This document shows positions 10,876-20,101 of a stretch of 50,083 bases of DNA, one piece after another. This DNA comes from Bdellovibrionales bacterium (GTDB lineage Bacteria > Bdellovibrionota > Bdellovibrionia > Bdellovibrionales > JAEYZS01), in assembly GCA_031374125.1 (NCBI GenBank), contig JANMFM010000121.1, forward strand, positions 1-50,083, written 5' to 3'. Each line of letters begins with the position of its first letter. The stretch's first letter is position 1. The position numbers were made by a program, and so were the translations under genes. The notes under the pieces are model-generated. The model saw only the letters and a program-made list of their open reading frames with translations. It was not told the origin of the DNA and did not search any database.

Positions 10876-12292
10876 TCCTTCTTAAATCTTCGATATCCTT
10901 ATGTAAATCAGAATCTCTTTCCTGTAGATCTTCGATTCTTCGCAACGCACTGATAACCGTTGTGTGATCTCGGCCACCGAATGCTCTGCCGATATCTATT
11001 AATGATTTCTCTAAATAAGTTTTAACTAAGTACATAGCAACTTGTCTTGCTACTACAATAGGCTTCGATCTATTTGCTGATTTGAGATCTGAAATTTTAA
11101 TTTGAAAGTGATCACTCACAAGCTTTTGGATATCCTCAACAGTAAGCTGCTGAGACTCAGAAGAATGACTAGCCAAAATATGCTTAGCCAAATCCAAACT
11201 AATAGGTAAAGCCCTTAATTCTGTAAACATTTTTACTTTATTAAGGTTACCCTCTAGTTCTCTAATAGATCTTTTGGATATTCTTGCAATAAAGTTAACC
11301 ACATCATCAGGAACCGAAAGACCCTTTTTTTCAGCCTTATATCTAAGAATTGCAACCCTAGTTTCTACATCAGGCATTTGAATATCGGCAATTAGACCCC
11401 ATTCAAGACGGGTCCTAATTCTATCTTCTAGACCGGTAATGTCTCTAGGCATGCGATCACTCGCAACCACCACCTGTCTACCGCGATCAAAAAACGCATT
11501 CATGGTATGGAAAAACTCTTCTTGAAAGGCTTCACCGCGACCCAGAACTTGAATATCATCCAAGAGAAGAACATCACAATCGTCGCGATATTTTTTTCTC
11601 AGTTTTGCCATTTCATTACGTCGAATTCCAGAGACGAATTCATTTAAAAAAGCTTCTGTGGAAACATATCTAATTTTTAATTGAGGAAAACTCTCTTGAA
11701 TATGGTTTCCCACGGCATTCAATAGATGCGTTTTACCCATACCGGTAGGCCCACATATAAAAAGAGGATTGTAACCACCACCTGGGTTTTTTGCGACGTT
11801 ATAACAAGCCGCATGGGCAAATTCGTTATTTCTACCTACGACAAATGTGGAGAAGGTGTATTCTGTATTGAGAACTTGCCTTAAAGATTTATTACCTAGA
11901 GCTGAGTATCCAGTATCTTGCTCAACTTGGATAGGAGCTGCTGGGCCCAAATCCATAGGTAATTGATCAGAGTTTTTTGATTCAGACTTCTCTAATTCAG
12001 GGACAACAATCAATTGAACCTGAAAGGGCTTTTGCACTACGGAAGATATTTCTTGGCAAATACGATCTAAAAAGTTGTCTGATATCCAGTTCTTATGAAA
12101 ATCTGTAGGCACACCAAGTTTGAACACAGTACCTTTATGGCTCTCCTCCGTATCGATCAATTCGATAGGACTAAACCAGGTTTCCAAATAAGCATTATTT
12201 GGGTTCTTAACCTTGATATTTTTTTTAACAGATTCCCAAATTTGCGATTCCAAAATTTGCCCCCGCAACAAAGATGCCTTTACAAGCTGCAC
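10850..12292 (-). CDS. dnaA: Chromosomal replication initiator DnaA
   Basis: AAA+ Walker A GPTGMGKTHLL, Walker B LLLDDIQ, and C-terminal DNA-binding signature GGRDHTTV. The listed start is GTG at 12290-12292. An alternative TTG at 12251-12253 (MESQIWESV...) is preceded by GGGGG. Confidence 0.96.
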   Translation of the reverse strand: MQLVKASLLRGQILESQIWESVKKNIKVKNPNNAYLETWFSPIELIDTEESHKGTVFKLGVPTDFHKNWISDNFLDRICQEISSVVQKPFQVQLIVVPELEKSESKNSDQLPMDLGPAAPIQVEQDTGYSALGNKSLRQVLNTEYTFSTFVVGRNNEFAHAACYNVAKNPGGGYNPLFICGPTGMGKTHLLNAVGNHIQESFPQLKIRYVSTEAFLNEFVSGIRRNEMAKLRKKYRDDCDVLLLDDIQVLGRGEAFQEEFFHTMNAFFDRGRQVVVASDRMPRDITGLEDRIRTRLEWGLIADIQMPDVETRVAILRYKAEKKGLSVPDDVVNFIARISKRSIRELEGNLNKVKMFTELRALPISLDLAKHILASHSSESQQLTVEDIQKLVSDHFQIKISDLKSANRSKPIVVARQVAMYLVKTYLEKSLIDIGRAFGGRDHTTVISALRRIEDLQERDSDLHKDIEDLRRKIHNTTGV

Positions 12293-12585
12293 CTTACAAG
12301 TTGCCTAATGTAGTCAAAAACATAAGATGTTGAAAGTTAAAAGTGCCAGGTTAGTGATTCATTGAAACGATATGTGGATTTAGCAATTTTTGCCCTATTG
12401 TACAACGCAATTTATGCATAAAAGTTCAACAACTTGACAGGCAGTATCGCGTCATGGTTTTATCTGCGCTCATTTTGAGTTAAAACCTTAAAACAACTTA
12501 GCTTTAAAATACACAACCTCGAATATGTATTGTATATACTTTCGACTGTTAATTAGCCGGTTCAAAATCCGGCGGAGGAATGAAA

Positions 12586-12735
12586 ATGAAAAGAACGTAT
12601 CAACCAAGTAAAAAGCGCAGAAAAGCAACTCACGGATTCAGAGCGCGTATGGCTACTAAAAGTGGAGCCACAGTGATTAAAAAAAGAAGAGCTAAAGGTA
12701 GAAAGAAACTTACGGTTTCAGGTAGTGGTAAATAA
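12586..12735 (+). CDS. rpmH: 50S ribosomal protein L34
   Basis: Hand translation gives [49 protein letters not shown] (49 aa). GGAGG lies 6 nt upstream. It is below the 60-aa cutoff of the ORF track. Confidence 0.92.
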   Translation: MKRTYQPSKKRRKATHGFRARMATKSGATVIKKRRAKGRKKLTVSGSGK

Positions 12736-13084
12736 GATTCACACATTACGTCGTAGTAGCGACTTCGAGCTTCTAAAGAAAAAAGGCAAAAGAATATATC
12801 CAAATCCTTGGTTAATTCTAAATTACCTAGAAAATACAGAGAACAACGACAGATTCGGATGGACCATTCCGAATAAAGTGGGCGGCTCTGTGCTTAGAAA
12901 CAGAATTAAAAGATGGTGTAGAGAATATTTTAAATCTCAAACTCTTCACCCAGAAAAACACTACGATGTGAATGTAATTATTAGAGCGAGCAGTGATGCT
13001 AATTACTTCCGAAAAATTAAATTTCAAGACTTCAAAGAAGAGCTCGATAAGGCCACAGGCCTTGCTTTCAAAAAGTATCGATAG
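12725..13084 (+). CDS. rnpA: Ribonuclease P protein component
   Basis: Basic 119-aa protein with the RNR-type motif ([11 protein letters not shown]). GTG start overlaps the rpmH end by 11 nt, as in the conserved rpmH-rnpA arrangement. Confidence 0.87.
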   Translation: MVNKIHTLRRSSDFELLKKKGKRIYPNPWLILNYLENTENNDRFGWTIPNKVGGSVLRNRIKRWCREYFKSQTLHPEKHYDVNVIIRASSDANYFRKIKFQDFKEELDKATGLAFKKYR

Positions 13085-13088
13085 TCCT

Positions 13089-13319
13089 TTGCGTTTTCTT
13101 GCGCTTTTTTTGATTCGCTCTTACCAACTCGTGCTTTCTCCGATGCTGGGTGGAGCATGCAGGTTCTATCCCACATGTTCTTGTTATGGCTCGGAGGCTT
13201 TTAAAAACCATGATTCTAAAACAGCATTTATCCTTACATTAAAAAGAGTATTGAAGTGCAGACCCCTCGGACCCTCAGGATTTGATCCTGTGCCCGACAA
13301 ACAAAATGAGGCGCAATAG
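13089..13319 (+). CDS. yidD: Membrane protein insertion efficiency factor YidD
   Basis: Motif LIRSYQLVLSP..GGACRFYPTCSCYGSEAF......LKRVLKCRPLGPSGFDPVP. The long 108-aa ORF overlaps rnpA, so I propose the TTG at 13089 just after the rnpA stop. The exact start is uncertain. Confidence 0.8.
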   Translation: MRFLALFLIRSYQLVLSPMLGGACRFYPTCSCYGSEAFKNHDSKTAFILTLKRVLKCRPLGPSGFDPVPDKQNEAQ

Positions 13320-14924
13320 ATGAACCCACAGAACAGCAACAACAGCTTCTTCGACCAAAAAACACTTCTCGCAATCGTGATCGTGTTCGGATGTATTCTT
13401 GGATGGCAGTATTATCTAACAAAAAAATATCCTCAAACAGAAGCTCAATTAGAGCAAAAAGTTGAAAAAGCACTCGATACAATCCCAACAAAAGATAAAG
13501 ATACAGCAGCGGCTGTGCCAACATCAGATATCGAAGTTACACCTAACAACGAAAATGTTGTGGTGTTTAAAAGCGAGCCATTTAACTTCGAGATTTCCTC
13601 TCGTGGAATGGGGTTAAAAAACATCCAATTAAACCAATTTAAAGAAAGAGATCAAAGCGGTGTAATTATCGCAAAAGGCGGAACAGAAGCTTATCTAGGG
13701 GAAACGAGAATAGACGGGGCGCCTGTTTATTTTAATCTAAGCAAAGTTTCAGAGACAGTCTATAAGGGAACAGGAAAAGCAGGCGAAATCGCAGTTACAA
13801 AAACAATCGAAGTAGACCCAGCAAAATATTCATTAAAAACAACGATAGAAACAAGTTCGGCGCCAAAAGTTTTAGAAACTTTATTGGTTGAAGAGGTTGT
13901 CCAAAACAAATCGAGCTCTTTCCTAATGCCATCTTTTGATTTTGAATCGGTGTTTGTTGCCTACGACACAAAAACAGAAAGAGCGGACATTAAGGCTGAC
14001 GAATCCAAAATATTTGATGAAGACTTTAAGAATGTATCTATAGCGTCTGTAGGAAAACATTACTTCACGTCAGCAATCATTGATAATACAGCAATTGCCC
14101 CAACGTTCTCAGCAAAAGTTGATTTACAAAAATCGATAGCACTTGGAACATTAAAATACGTTCAAGAAAATGGAACAGTAAATAAATTTGAAACAACAAC
14201 ATTTATAGGACCCAAGGAATTAAAATTACTAGAGCAGGTGGACCCAAGGTTGACCGAGACTATCAATTTTGGAATTTTCTCTATCGTAGCAAAGCCAATT
14301 TTAATGCTACTAAAGCTTTTGTATTCTTGGTTTGGTAACTACGGCGTAGCGATCATTATTGTAACCCTTTTTATTAGAATGTTGCTACTTCCGCTCAATG
14401 TTTCTTCTTATAAATCTATGAAGAAGATGCAGGTCATTCAGCCTCAACTTAAAGCTCTCAAAGAAAGATACAAAAAAGATCCGAGACAGCTTCAGGTAGA
14501 AACAATGAATCTTATGAAGAGAGAAAAGGTTAATCCGATCGGCGGATGCCTTCCGATGCTGTTACAGCTTCCGGTTTTCATTGCACTTTATAACGTCCTT
14601 GCACAGAGTATTGAGCTTTATCAAGCGCCGTTTATGCTTTGGATATATGATTTAAGCTTAAAAGACCCTTATTATGTGCTTCCTGTGCTTATGGGGATCA
14701 CTATGTTTATTCAGCAAAAAATCACGCCAACCACAATGGATCCTGCTCAGGCAAAAGCTATGCAGATCATGCCTGTGATTTTTTCTTTAATGATGATTTC
14801 GCTACCCAGTGGACTGACATTATATATATTTGTGAGCACATTATTCGGCATCATTCAGCAATATATGATTATGAAAGAAAAAAAGACGGACGGCGAAGTG
14901 GGCGCTGTAACGAAATTAAACTAA
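13320..14924 (+). CDS. yidC: Membrane protein insertase YidC
   Basis: 534 aa with an N-terminal anchor, a large periplasmic domain and a C-terminal 5-TM core carrying KMQ.IQP....LKE.YKKD and GCLPMLLQLPVF motifs. Confidence 0.94.
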   Translation: MNPQNSNNSFFDQKTLLAIVIVFGCILGWQYYLTKKYPQTEAQLEQKVEKALDTIPTKDKDTAAAVPTSDIEVTPNNENVVVFKSEPFNFEISSRGMGLKNIQLNQFKERDQSGVIIAKGGTEAYLGETRIDGAPVYFNLSKVSETVYKGTGKAGEIAVTKTIEVDPAKYSLKTTIETSSAPKVLETLLVEEVVQNKSSSFLMPSFDFESVFVAYDTKTERADIKADESKIFDEDFKNVSIASVGKHYFTSAIIDNTAIAPTFSAKVDLQKSIALGTLKYVQENGTVNKFETTTFIGPKELKLLEQVDPRLTETINFGIFSIVAKPILMLLKLLYSWFGNYGVAIIIVTLFIRMLLLPLNVSSYKSMKKMQVIQPQLKALKERYKKDPRQLQVETMNLMKREKVNPIGGCLPMLLQLPVFIALYNVLAQSIELYQAPFMLWIYDLSLKDPYYVLPVLMGITMFIQQKITPTTMDPAQAKAMQIMPVIFSLMMISLPSGLTLYIFVSTLFGIIQQYMIMKEKKTDGEVGAVTKLN

Positions 14925-14967
14925 GCCACAGGCTAAATAGATTAGAAAACTCCAGAGGAGGAGCAGA

Positions 14968-15507
14968 ATGGGAATACTTAATAAAATTTTTGGATCTAAA
15001 AAAAGCAGCGCAAATGATGGCGCAATCCAAATCGTTGAAGATACACTAGATGGAATTTTCGGAAGAGCAAACTTCGATTTATCTTATGATTTAAATTCTG
15101 ATGAAGAAGGAAATATCGAAGTAGAAATTTTTGGGAATGATCAAGAAAACTTGATTGATAAAGAAGGTCAACTTTTGGATGCTTTCCAGCTTTATTTAAA
15201 AAGAGTTCTTCAGCACCGATTGCCAGATTTAAAATTAAATGTAAATTGCGATTCCAATGGTTTTAGAAAAGAAGCAAGCGAAGAACTCATTAGACTTGCA
15301 GATAAACTGAAGAAAATCGCCCTTGATAAAAATAAATCTGTATACTTTAGAGCTTTGCCACCCAAAGACAGAAAAGTAATTCACCAATATCTTGCGGAAG
15401 ATGGAAGAGTCAAAAGCAGATCTGTGGGCGAAGGGCATTTTAAAAAAATCAAGATTTATCCAGCTAAAGCGGATAAGCCTGAAGGTTCAAAAAGAGCAGA
15501 TGCTTAA
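14968..15507 (+). CDS. jag: Jag/KhpB-like RNA-binding protein (KH + R3H domains)
   Basis: Conserved position after yidC. The C-terminal R3H-like segment is PPKDRKVIHQYLAEDGRVKSRSVGEG. Strong GGAGG RBS. Confidence 0.8.
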   Translation: MGILNKIFGSKKSSANDGAIQIVEDTLDGIFGRANFDLSYDLNSDEEGNIEVEIFGNDQENLIDKEGQLLDAFQLYLKRVLQHRLPDLKLNVNCDSNGFRKEASEELIRLADKLKKIALDKNKSVYFRALPPKDRKVIHQYLAEDGRVKSRSVGEGHFKKIKIYPAKADKPEGSKRADA

Positions 15508-16873
15508 TTATAAGGTTGAGGACACAATTTGCGCCATTGCAACACCCTCTGGTCACGGCGGGATAAGCGTGGTGCGAATTTGCGGTCCCCGCACGCTTGA
15601 AGTTTCCCGAAAACTAATAAACCTTCCTATAGATATTGAATCTCACAAGGCCTACCTCTTAAGTGTAAATTCGGTGGATCAAACAAAACAAATCGACGAA
15701 GCTTTGGTAACTTATTTTGGCCAAGGTAAATCATATACAAACGATGAAACTTTAGAGATTTCTTGTCACGGCAGCCCAGTCATTGCCGAAGAAATTATTC
15801 AAAACTTGATTCTTGCAGGTTGTAGACTTGCGCAGAAAGGGGAATTCACCTTCAGAGCATTTATGTCTGGAAGAATCGACCTTCTTCAGGCAGAAAGCAT
15901 TTTGACACTCATTCAAAGCGATACAAAGAAAGCAGCAGAAGTCTCTCTAAGGCAACTCAAAGGGGAGCTCAGCGAGAAGGTAAAAGAGATGCAAGACAAA
16001 ATGACTTGGCTTCTTGCGCATCTTGAAGCAAGTATCGACTTTTCGCTTGAAGACCTTCAAACCGTGGATTATGAGACCATCAAAATAAAAACTGAAGAGA
16101 TCTATAAATTAAATAAAAAACTTTTGGATACTTACAAAAAAGGCAAAGTAATTACAGACAGCATGAATGTGGTCCTAGTCGGGGAACCCAATGCAGGAAA
16201 GTCTAGCCTATTCAACCAACTAATCAAAAATGATAAAGCTATCGTTACAGAGATTGCAGGAACAACAAGAGATATCCTGGAAAGCTATGTCATCATTGGC
16301 GGAGTTAAAGTTAAATTTATTGATACAGCAGGACTTCACGATACAAAAGATGCAGTAGAAATTATCGGTATTCAAAAAACCAGGGATCAGCTAAAAGATG
16401 CGGATCATATATTCTACATAGTAGACGCCACTCAAGATAAACCAATATTAGATATAGAAATTCTAGAAAAATACTCAGATAAAATTGTTTTCTTATCAAA
16501 CAAAAAGGACCTTCCAAAATTTAAAGAAAACTTCACACATGTGATCGGAAAAAAAGTGGATAATCAAGTTTTCTTGGTTAGTGCTAAAATTCCTGAGACT
16601 TTAGATGAGGTAGTCCTTTATTTAGAAAATCAGATTAAGCAGGCTTTTCATGAAAGCTCGGCGGTAGTTCTGAAAACCAGACAGTTTGAGTTATTAGATA
16701 AAATGAATCAATGTCTGGAAAGAGCAAAAAATTTATCATCAGAGAATGCATCGAGTGAGTTTACAGCCTTTGAATTGAGAGACGCTTTAGAATGTTGCTT
16801 TGATCTTTTGGGTGAACGCTTAGACGATCAAGTCATGAATAAAGTTTTCCAAGAATTTTGTATCGGCAAGTAA
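15500..16873 (+). CDS. mnmE: tRNA modification GTPase MnmE
   Basis: N-terminal DTICAIATPSG.GGISVVRICG, G-domain GEPNAGKSSLFN / DTAG / NKKD, and C-terminal FCIGK. Start set at the ATG at 15500 (MLNYKVEDTI...), which overlaps the jag stop by 8 nt. Confidence 0.94.
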   Translation: MLNYKVEDTICAIATPSGHGGISVVRICGPRTLEVSRKLINLPIDIESHKAYLLSVNSVDQTKQIDEALVTYFGQGKSYTNDETLEISCHGSPVIAEEIIQNLILAGCRLAQKGEFTFRAFMSGRIDLLQAESILTLIQSDTKKAAEVSLRQLKGELSEKVKEMQDKMTWLLAHLEASIDFSLEDLQTVDYETIKIKTEEIYKLNKKLLDTYKKGKVITDSMNVVLVGEPNAGKSSLFNQLIKNDKAIVTEIAGTTRDILESYVIIGGVKVKFIDTAGLHDTKDAVEIIGIQKTRDQLKDADHIFYIVDATQDKPILDIEILEKYSDKIVFLSNKKDLPKFKENFTHVIGKKVDNQVFLVSAKIPETLDEVVLYLENQIKQAFHESSAVVLKTRQFELLDKMNQCLERAKNLSSENASSEFTAFELRDALECCFDLLGERLDDQVMNKVFQEFCIGK

Positions 16874-16921
16874 TTTACTAAAGCGATACACGCATAGCTA
16901 AATATGCAGATAAGGTAAGAA

Positions 16922-18808
16922 GTGAAAAACCAGTTCGACATTATTGTTGTAGGTGCAGGCCATGCAGGTATTGAGGCAGCCCTGTCTTCCGCTAGATTGG
17001 GCGCAAACACTCTAGTGGTAACGACAAACTTAGAGCGTATTGGTTTTATGAGCTGTAATCCTGCTATTGGTGGACTTGCAAAGGGCCACATGGTGCGAGA
17101 AATTGATGCTCTCGGCGGAGAGATGGGCGTTGCCACGGATGAATCGTGCATTCAATTTAAAAGATTGAACGCTACAAAAGGACCTGCGGTTCGTGGCTCA
17201 CGCGCGCAATGTGATAAAGACCTTTATGTTTCACATATGATTAAGGTTTTCAAAGATCAAAAAAATCTTTCTCTACTTCAAGGCGAAGCAAAATCTTTAA
17301 TAATCTCGGGATCAAAATGTTTGGGAATTAAAATTCAAGATGGATCAGAAATCTTTGCGAAAAAAGTAATCATCACGACAGGTACATTTATGAATGCCGT
17401 CATGCACGTGGGATTAGAACAACAAGCCGGCGGAAGAGTTGGCGACAACGCAACCGTAGGACTATCTGATCAGCTCAAAAGTTTTGGATTCAATGTTTTT
17501 AGATTAAAAACAGGAACTCCCCCTAGGCTTCTTCGCGACTCAATTGATTACTCAGTAATGACCCCGCAACCCGGTGATCAAAAATTCTATCCATTCAGCT
17601 TCAAGAGTGGGAAAAACTATAAACTTCCGCAAGTGGACTGCCATCTTTCACATACAACAGAGCTCACGCACGAAATTATTCGCAAGAACTTAGATAAATC
17701 TCCTATATATTGTGGAATGATTGAGGGTACTGGACCTAGGTACTGTCCAAGCATCGAAGATAAGGTGACACGTTTTGCGGAAAAAATTCGTCATCAAACT
17801 TTTTTAGAGCCAGAAGGTCTTTCGACAGATCATATTTATCTTCAGGGAATTTCGACAAGTTTGCCAGCCGATGTTCAAGATCAGTTTATAAGAACAATTC
17901 GTGGTTTGGAAAATGTTAAGTTTGCTCGTTACGGTTATGCAGTTGAATATGATTTCATCGAACCAACACAAATTCGTCCAACACTAGAAACTCGTGCAAT
18001 CGATAATCTTTATCTTGCAGGACAAATCAACGGAACAAGTGGTTATGAAGAGGCCGCCGCTCAAGGTTTTATGGCCGGAGTGAATGCAGCCCAAAGTCTA
18101 ATGGACAAAGATCCAGTTGTCTTAAGACGTGATCAAGCCTACATCGGAGTACTAATTGATGACCTTGTCACAAAAGGTACGAAAGAACCCTACCGCATGT
18201 TTACTTCGCGCGCGGAACACAGACTCGTACTTCGAGAAGACAACACGACTGATCGCCTCCTGGACCTTGGTAGGGACATCGGATTGATCACTTCGGAAGA
18301 TTTTGATCGCGTATCCTTGATCCGTGAAAAAAGAAATGTTCAAAGAAATTATCTTCGTACGACAGCTATTTACCCAAATAAAGATACAAACGAAAAACTA
18401 ATAGCTCTTGGAACCCAAGAAATTTTGAAGCCAACAACTCTTGACACGCTATTACGCAGAGCAGAAATTTCCATAGAGAAGATTAGCGCTATGGGTCATA
18501 ATTTAGATCTCGACCCAGAAGTTTTAGAACCTGTTGAGATTGAGATTAAATATGAGGGTTACATCAAAAGACAAAAAGAACTTATTGAGCAGTCATCTCG
18601 TTTAGAAACTTATAGATTAGAAGAGAGTATGGATTATTCCAAAGTCAGAGGGCTTTCTGTTGAGGAAATGGAAAAGCTTCTTAAAGTAAAACCTTTAACT
18701 ATTGGGCAGGCGCAAAGAATCAGTGGTGTTAATCCCTCTGCTATTCAAGCAATCTTAATTCATATCAAGGGTCGTAAAAAAATACATCAGCTAGAGACAA
18801 ACAACTAG
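16922..18808 (+). CDS. mnmG: tRNA uridine 5-carboxymethylaminomethyl modification enzyme MnmG (GidA)
   Basis: FAD motif DIIVVGAGHAGIEAA. Also SCNPAIGG.AKGHMVREIDALGG and GPRYCPSIEDK. GTG start. Confidence 0.97.
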   Translation: MKNQFDIIVVGAGHAGIEAALSSARLGANTLVVTTNLERIGFMSCNPAIGGLAKGHMVREIDALGGEMGVATDESCIQFKRLNATKGPAVRGSRAQCDKDLYVSHMIKVFKDQKNLSLLQGEAKSLIISGSKCLGIKIQDGSEIFAKKVIITTGTFMNAVMHVGLEQQAGGRVGDNATVGLSDQLKSFGFNVFRLKTGTPPRLLRDSIDYSVMTPQPGDQKFYPFSFKSGKNYKLPQVDCHLSHTTELTHEIIRKNLDKSPIYCGMIEGTGPRYCPSIEDKVTRFAEKIRHQTFLEPEGLSTDHIYLQGISTSLPADVQDQFIRTIRGLENVKFARYGYAVEYDFIEPTQIRPTLETRAIDNLYLAGQINGTSGYEEAAAQGFMAGVNAAQSLMDKDPVVLRRDQAYIGVLIDDLVTKGTKEPYRMFTSRAEHRLVLREDNTTDRLLDLGRDIGLITSEDFDRVSLIREKRNVQRNYLRTTAIYPNKDTNEKLIALGTQEILKPTTLDTLLRRAEISIEKISAMGHNLDLDPEVLEPVEIEIKYEGYIKRQKELIEQSSRLETYRLEESMDYSKVRGLSVEEMEKLLKVKPLTIGQAQRISGVNPSAIQAILIHIKGRKKIHQLETNN

Positions 18809-18817
18809 GAGTACATT

Positions 18818-19456
18818 ATGGACGTACAATGGAGAATCAGAGATCATTTTCCAAACTTAAGCGACGATGTTCTGAGCACGCTAAGACTTTTTCATATTGA
18901 GCTTATGAGATTCAATCAGACACTAAGCCTGATCTCTACGTTCACAGAAAAGAACGCGGATCTGCTTCATTTTTATGATATTATCAAAGCAAGTGAGTTT
19001 ATTAAAAAGGATAACGTAGAAATAAAAGAAATTTATAACTACAGCTCTGGAAACGGACTCGCGGGTATCATTTTTTCAATTCTTAATCCAACAGTAAAAG
19101 TAAACGTCATAGTTGAAGATCATAGGAAAATAGAGTTCGTTACACATATAGTTGCTAGAGCCCAACTATCGAATGTTCAGATTATGAATCTTAAGCCGGA
19201 GAATCTCTCAATTAAAGGGCCATCTGTAAATATAACTAGAGATTTCTCTAATCTCGCTCGAACATTGCTTTTAGGTAATAAAATTCTTTCTGCAGGAGCT
19301 ACGATATATTCTTTAAAGGGAGCAGATTGGTTTAAAGAATTAACTGCCTTGCCGTCGCAAATAAGTTCCACGTGGAACAATGACATGGCTTTTGAATACG
19401 AGCTTCCAGAGTCTCTAGGGTCAAAAGTAGTTATAAAATCAGTAAAAACATCTTAA
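18818..19456 (+). CDS. rsmG: 16S rRNA (guanine527-N7)-methyltransferase RsmG (GidB), divergent
   Basis: Conserved position after mnmG, and the size is right. The SAM-binding loop is divergent (YSSGNGLAG instead of the usual D.GSGAGFPG). Confidence 0.7.
   Translation: MDVQWRIRDHFPNLSDDVLSTLRLFHIELMRFNQTLSLISTFTEKNADLLHFYDIIKASEFIKKDNVEIKEIYNYSSGNGLAGIIFSILNPTVKVNVIVEDHRKIEFVTHIVARAQLSNVQIMNLKPENLSIKGPSVNITRDFSNLARTLLLGNKILSAGATIYSLKGADWFKELTALPSQISSTWNNDMAFEYELPESLGSKVVIKSVKTS
19364..19379. promoter_or_regulatory. parS-like site (one mismatch) inside the rsmG 3' end
   Basis: aGTTCCACGTGGAACA compared with the palindromic parS consensus TGTTNCACGTGNAACA. The inner 14 bp are a perfect palindrome. 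Confidence 0.65.
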
Positions 19457-19953
19457 TGATGTCCCCCGCCCTCTTTCTTTTCTACTTTTTTAGGTATTTT
19501 CTTACTAGCCAAACCACGCGACCATTGTTTTGAAGTTGTTGCCATCTTTTTTTGGGTTTCGTATTTTTCTTTTATTCCTGTTGGCGGCCAATCTTTGTCT
19601 TTTCCTGCTTTAAAATATTCTAGATATTGTTTTCTTGCATAGATTTGTCTGCTTTCTGCAGAGATCATATGATATTCCATCATTTGTTCTAGTTTTTTTA
19701 TTTCATTTTTTATTCTGTATATATCTTCTCTGGTTAATTTTTTTTGGTAATCGCTATCTACCAATTCCAAATAAGTTTCTTGAAGACCTTTAAGCTCTTT
19801 TGTCTTTGCATCGATTTCTTTTTTCACTCTAGATTCTTCGCTTTTCATATCTTGATAAACGGGATCTCTTAGCTCTGGAGTTTTATCAAGATTATCGCAT
19901 CCCGCTAAAAATAAAAATATAAACAACATATAGTAAAAATTTCTTGTTCTCAT
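19453..19953 (-). CDS. Coiled-coil lipoprotein, unknown function
   Basis: Signal peptide plus lipobox FLAG-C (MLFIFLFLAGCDN). The remainder is charged and helical. Its stop overlaps the rsmG stop (shared TTAA). Confidence 0.6.
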   Translation of the reverse strand: MRTRNFYYMLFIFLFLAGCDNLDKTPELRDPVYQDMKSEESRVKKEIDAKTKELKGLQETYLELVDSDYQKKLTREDIYRIKNEIKKLEQMMEYHMISAESRQIYARKQYLEYFKAGKDKDWPPTGIKEKYETQKKMATTSKQWSRGLASKKIPKKVEKKEGGGHH

Positions 19954-19986
19954 AGGCTATTCTTCGGTAAAACTATAAGAGAACTC

Positions 19987-20008
19987 AAATGTTCCACGTG
20001 GAACATTT
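19987..20008. promoter_or_regulatory. Perfect palindromic parS centromere site upstream of parA
   Basis: 22-bp perfect palindrome AAATGTTCCACGTGGAACATTT. The core TGTTCCACGTGGAACA (19990-20005) matches the parS consensus at every specified position. Confidence 0.85.
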
Positions 20009-20101
20009 TGAATATTCAATATGAGTATCATCATAAGACATGGTGAGTATCCATAGATTTACAAAACAGCTAAGTCGATACGCCTCTGGAAAGGATTCAA
20101 A

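Noticed and set aside
10455-10953. Plus-strand ORFs 10455-10667 and 10633-10953 spanning the dnaN-dnaA spacer
   Set aside because: They run through the AT-rich tract and the DnaA-box cluster and overlap the dnaN and dnaA ends. Their composition-driven translations contain repeated Ser from the TAG/AGT repeat. The region is better explained as oriC.
12580-12585. Upstream in-frame ATG giving MKMKRTYQP... for rpmH
   Set aside because: It abuts the GGAGG with no spacer, whereas the ATG at 12586 has the proper 6-nt spacing and gives the canonical MKRTYQP N-terminus.
13234-17151. Minus-strand ORFs 13234-13524, 15235-15438 and 16828-17151
   Set aside because: They are antisense to yidD/yidC, jag/mnmE and mnmE/mnmG respectively and have no supporting signals.
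19453-19456. Convergent genes sharing overlapping stop codons (rsmG/lipoprotein TTAA; also 29027/29029)
   Set aside because: This is a real observation but an ordinary consequence of compact gene packing. No regulatory inference is justified.
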